Shown here piece after piece: positions 60,296 through 64,000 of a stretch of 64,000 nt of DNA (position 1 is the stretch's first letter; each line of letters begins with the position of its first letter). The notes under the pieces were generated by a model. The model saw nothing but the letters and a program-made list of their open reading frames with translations, did not search any database and was not told the origin of the DNA. The DNA is taken from the NCBI GenBank assembly GCA_018238155.1, contig JABCTZ010000036.1, positions 128,001 to 192,000 of the forward strand, given 5' to 3'. The translations under genes and the position numbers were made by a program. The stretch is from Candidatus Heimdallarchaeota archaeon (GTDB lineage Archaea; Asgardarchaeota; Heimdallarchaeia; JABLTI01).

Positions 60296-60414
60296 TTTTT
60301 TTTACAAATGATTGTTAACCGATACAAAATGGTATTGTAATTTTCCAAATAGAACGTTTGAAATAAGAAAATAAAATCAATTTGGGATTGCTGTTAACCC
60401 AAATAAGAATAAAA

Positions 60415-60621
60415 CTACTCCTTTTTTCTTGGATATTCGAATTGAAGGAACTCATCAATTAAATTACAGTGAGAAACAAGCATTCTCCGACAGCAGTATT
60501 TGTCTACCCCAAGGTCATCTAATACTTTACCTGGGTTATCTCCTGCCTTTGTTCGGCGCTCGAAATCTTCCCATTTATCGCCTATGATTTTGCCACAACT
60601 AAGACATCTGACTGGAATCAT
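60415..60621 (-). CDS. rpo10: RNA polymerase subunit Rpo10 (RpoN/RPB10)
   Basis: MIPVRCLSCGK...LDDLGVDKYCCRRMLVSH; start taken at ATG 60621. Confidence 0.95.
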   Translation of the reverse strand: MIPVRCLSCGKIIGDKWEDFERRTKAGDNPGKVLDDLGVDKYCCRRMLVSHCNLIDEFLQFEYPRKKE

Positions 60622-60998
60622 TGTGTTTTCTTGACTCCTAACTAATTTTTCATTACTAGGATTTTTCAAACCTTAATCTGAGGAAATCATTTCCACTTTT
60701 AGAGTCTTTCTATTGCTTTTAAATCAGAAGGATTATTGTAATCATTTACTATATGGCTTTAGTTATCTTTTTCTTTATGTGATTTCTAGCAAACTTTCTG
60801 ATATCTATCCCTTATCAAATGAAATTCTAAAATCAGAGATTATGGTAATTTAGCTATCTTACAATATTGGATTGGGCTTTTAGTTTTATTTTAAAGAAAA
60901 TGTGAAATGATTATTGATAAAGAAAGAATAATGCTAATTCAAAGATTGATGCTGTTTTTAGTTAAGAAAAAAGAATAAAGTACTAAAAACAGTACTAT

Positions 60999-62288
60999 CT
61001 ATGGTTTTACTCGAGTCATTGTTCGCGGAAATGCTATAGCATCTTTAATGGTATCAAAACCACAAATCCACATTACTACTCGTGCAATACCCATACCAAA
61101 TCCGGAATGTGGAACAGAACCATATCTACGAGTGTCTAAATAGAAGTCATATTCTTCTGGATCCAAACCTTCAAGTTTAAGGCTTTCAAGAATTTTATCC
61201 ATATCGGACTCTCGTTCTGATCCGTCAATTATTTCTCCAATTTCAGGAGCAATCAAATTTGCGTTTAAGCATACTTTTGGATTGGTTGGGTCTACTCTCT
61301 TGTAAAACGCCATGATTTCTCTTGGATAGTGAGTAATAAGCACCGGTTTATCAAAATATTTTCCAATCGCTCGCTCTTCTGTGGCTCCAAGATCCTTACC
61401 ATAAGGAACATCCATACCATGTTCTTTGAGCAATTCTAGTGCTTTGTTATAAGAAATTCTTGGAAATGGTGCTTTAATTTTAAGCAAGTCTTTTGGATTC
61501 TTCCCGAGAGCTTTCAAATCTGCTTTATTCTTTTTAGCAACATTCTTGCAGATAGCACTTATCAAGTTCTCCATTAATTGTAGAAGCTCTTCAAAATTCA
61601 TCCATGTTGCTTCAACTTCTGCATGCCAAAATTCTGTCACATGTCTGGCTGATTTCGATTTTTCTGCTCGAAAAGATGGTGCGATTGTATATGCTTTTTC
61701 CACGGAATAAATAAAGTTCTCTGCGTATAGTTGCCAGCTTTGACTCAAGAATACAGTTTTGTCAAAGTATTCAACTTCAAATAATGTAGACCCACCTTCT
61801 GAACCTGCCGTAGTAAAGATTGGTGGTTGCACTTCAGTATAATCATTTTTCCGAAAATAATTGTGTATTGCTTCAAAAACTGAAGATCGAATCTTTAGCA
61901 TTGAAGTCAATCTCTGTGAACGTAGAGCAAGATGACGAATGTCCAATAATAGCTCTTGACTCTGATCTTTTGATATGGGGAATTTTTCCGCTTTCCCAAC
62001 AATTTTGATTTCAGATGCTTTAATCTCAAATCCACCTGGTGCACGAGAATCCTCAGCAAGAAGTCCTGTGATGTAAAGTGCCGATTCATATCCAATTGAA
62101 TCTGCGATAGCATACGCCTCGGGATTATTCTCTTTATTAACTGAAACTTGAATTCGTCCTGTAGAGTCACGAATAGTTAAGAAAGCAATTTTTTTGCTGC
62201 TTCTTTTTCGAGCAACCCAACCACGAAGGTGGATAGCTTCACCAGCTCGTTTTCCAGTTAATAAATCAGTAATAGGTATGTATGTCAT
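60999..62288 (-). CDS. asnS: Asparagine--tRNA ligase
   Basis: OB fold GWV..KR..FL.IRD.TG.IQ; EGGSTLF, LSQSWQLY, FRAEKS..RH..EFW, GSVPHSGFGMG, FPR. Confidence 0.9.
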   Translation of the reverse strand: MTYIPITDLLTGKRAGEAIHLRGWVARKRSSKKIAFLTIRDSTGRIQVSVNKENNPEAYAIADSIGYESALYITGLLAEDSRAPGGFEIKASEIKIVGKAEKFPISKDQSQELLLDIRHLALRSQRLTSMLKIRSSVFEAIHNYFRKNDYTEVQPPIFTTAGSEGGSTLFEVEYFDKTVFLSQSWQLYAENFIYSVEKAYTIAPSFRAEKSKSARHVTEFWHAEVEATWMNFEELLQLMENLISAICKNVAKKNKADLKALGKNPKDLLKIKAPFPRISYNKALELLKEHGMDVPYGKDLGATEERAIGKYFDKPVLITHYPREIMAFYKRVDPTNPKVCLNANLIAPEIGEIIDGSERESDMDKILESLKLEGLDPEEYDFYLDTRRYGSVPHSGFGMGIARVVMWICGFDTIKDAIAFPRTMTRVKP

Positions 62289-62405
62289 TAGTATACCACC
62301 AGTAATTGATGTGAAAATTAATTACATTATTAAAATTTTCCGAAGTAGTGATAAGCTAAACATTGTAGCTAGCTACAACTAAAATGATTGTTTTTCAAGC
62401 AGTTT

Positions 62406-62717
62406 TTATTGAAGATTTTTCAATCGCTTGAGACAAAAATCACGCAAAATAACCATCTCACCGAAAATTGCTATTTGATTTTCTGAAGGTTGCCCACCGT
62501 TCGTTTCTTCAGTAAAAATTTCTCGTGCTTCAACAGCCAACGATTGATATCGTTTGACAAATAGGGAAATACTATCATTATCATCTTGCATAGCTATTTT
62601 ATCGAAATCATTTTCTACTTTTTGAAAAGCTTTCGCTAATACCTGATATGAAACTGCTTGAGTGACTTCAAGTAAGAAGTCTGTTATTATTTGTGGTTTT
62701 TCAGATTCTAGTGTCAT
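62406..62717 (-). CDS. Small hypothetical protein
   Basis: 103-aa ORF co-oriented with its neighbours. Confidence 0.55.
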   Translation of the reverse strand: MTLESEKPQIITDFLLEVTQAVSYQVLAKAFQKVENDFDKIAMQDDNDSISLFVKRYQSLAVEAREIFTEETNGGQPSENQIAIFGEMVILRDFCLKRLKNLQ

Positions 62718-62915
62718 TGTTTCTCACTTTAACCTTAGAAGGTTTTCTTTTAAAAGGTCTAAATGAATCAGACGGAAGCATTTAAGCCCATTAGAAAATG
62801 GGCTATTAAACATGCTCCCTAACTAGCAAAGTTTCTGTGATTCTTCCATTACATTATCTTACATACAAGAACATATAAAAACATTTTCAAACCGCATATA
62901 ATTAGCGAAAAACAA

Positions 62916-63461
62916 TTACTCTTTCTTACAGATAATGCCAATATCTTCAACATCTGCAGTCCAGTGTTCAGTGATTTGTAAATTCATTTGCATAATGAGT
63001 TTTGAAAGTCTTTCTGGAGACCAAGTTTTTCGTAAAATAGAGATTACAATCAATGCATCTTTCACGGATATACGAATCATTTCACTGAGTGTTTGTTCAG
63101 GTTTTTGTAGATTTTGTAAGTGTGTTATTGAAAAGATCTGCGAAAAAGCGAAATCCTTAACTGGCAAAGCATCGGAATCTGCTACAACAAAATCAATGTT
63201 GGGATATTTTTCATGAGCAATTTTAATCATTTCAAGCGAAATATCTATGCCAACAAGTTTCATTCCAGTAATTTCTATTTCAGAGATGATATTAAGAAAA
63301 GTACCTGTTCCACAACCAATATCAAGGATTGCTTTGCTTTTCTGAATATTTACTCGAGAGAAAATTTCGCTATATTTTTTATCTTGGATATCTTTGTAGC
63401 GGTTATCGTAAATTTCTGCAGAAGAATCATATCTTTTAGCAATTTCTTTTTTGTTTGCCAA
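62916..63461 (-). CDS. Class I SAM-dependent methyltransferase
   Basis: ILDIGCGTG, VGIDISLEMI, ADSDALP. Confidence 0.88.
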   Translation of the reverse strand: MANKKEIAKRYDSSAEIYDNRYKDIQDKKYSEIFSRVNIQKSKAILDIGCGTGTFLNIISEIEITGMKLVGIDISLEMIKIAHEKYPNIDFVVADSDALPVKDFAFSQIFSITHLQNLQKPEQTLSEMIRISVKDALIVISILRKTWSPERLSKLIMQMNLQITEHWTADVEDIGIICKKE

Positions 63462-63557
63462 GTTTGTTCCCAGACCTTTAACAATAATCGTTTAATTTCT
63501 TTCTTAGAAGTTTTTGAAAAAAAGGGAAAGGAAATTAACAATCCATTTCTTCGTTTA

Positions 63558-64000
63558 CTATTTTTTATCTGTAAGGATGATCCGTGCATCAACAGTTAAA
63601 AGATGGTCATCATAAGCAAATATTGGATTGAGATCAATTTCTAATATATCATCTATAAAATCAACACTCAATTTAGAAATTTTAAGAAGAATATTTACTA
63701 TCTGGTTTAGTTCTACATTGGGTCCTCCACGAAAACCTTGTAACATTGGTAGAGCTTTAATTTCTTGAATCATTTGTTTAGCATCTTTTTCTGTTATAGG
63801 TGCAATTCTAAAAGAAACATCTTTTAGTAATTCAACAAATATTCCTCCCAAACCAAACATAATTGCGGGACCAAAAGTAGGATCTCGAGTTACTCCAACA
63901 ATGATTTCAGTTGAAGATTTTACCATCTTTTCTATTAATACTCCACGAATTTCAGCATTACTTTTGTATTGTTTTGCACTTGCAATTATTTCTTTAAACG
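63558..64000 (-). CDS. ADP-forming acyl-CoA synthetase ATP-grasp subunit/domain, 3' part (extends beyond the window)
   Basis: GVLIEKM..EIIVG..DPTFGP.IMFGLGGIFVELLKDVSFR, EIDLNP, VDARI. Confidence 0.9.
   Translation of the reverse strand, partial: FKEIIASAKQYKSNAEIRGVLIEKMVKSSTEIIVGVTRDPTFGPAIMFGLGGIFVELLKDVSFRIAPITEKDAKQMIQEIKALPMLQGFRGGPNVELNQIVNILLKISKLSVDFIDDILEIDLNPIFAYDDHLLTVDARIILTDKK

Noticed and set aside
491-63599. Numerous short antisense or overlapping ORFs in the track (e.g. 1058-1354, 16114-16437, 39144-39440, 42704-42961, 63213-63599)
   Set aside because: They are shadows of well-supported genes or of A-rich tracts and carry no motifs.
1-64000. CRISPR array, rRNA, transposase or integrase
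   Set aside because: No regularly spaced repeats, rRNA-like GC-rich tract or mobile-element motifs were seen; no att-like duplication of the tRNA-Trp 3' end was noticed.

Overview
AT-rich archaeal chromosomal segment, most likely from an Asgard archaeon of the Heimdallarchaeia group. This is inferred from Rpo10, a eukaryote-like STT3/AglB, an Arf-like GTPase with a longin/uDENN-like neighbour, GF+TM+basic C-terminal sorting tails and an intron-containing tRNA. It holds about 55 protein genes (housekeeping, metabolic, transport, TPR/HEAT, regulators) and one tRNA-Trp with two introns. No CRISPR array, rRNA or recognisable mobile element was seen. Main candidates for undescribed systems: (1) a compact operon of a longin/uDENN-like protein, an Arf-like small GTPase and a translationally coupled 7-TM protein (40545-42465), resembling a proto-GPCR/G-protein module; (2) a pair of dCache-HAMP receptors, one with an unusual TPR-vWA output and alpha2delta-like segments, directly upstream of two PLP amino-acid decarboxylases (23378-31073); (3) a DapA-family aldolase fused to formaldehyde-activating enzyme (16749-18263). 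Several long structured intergenic elements are also present. All family calls come from motif recognition by eye; no searches were run.
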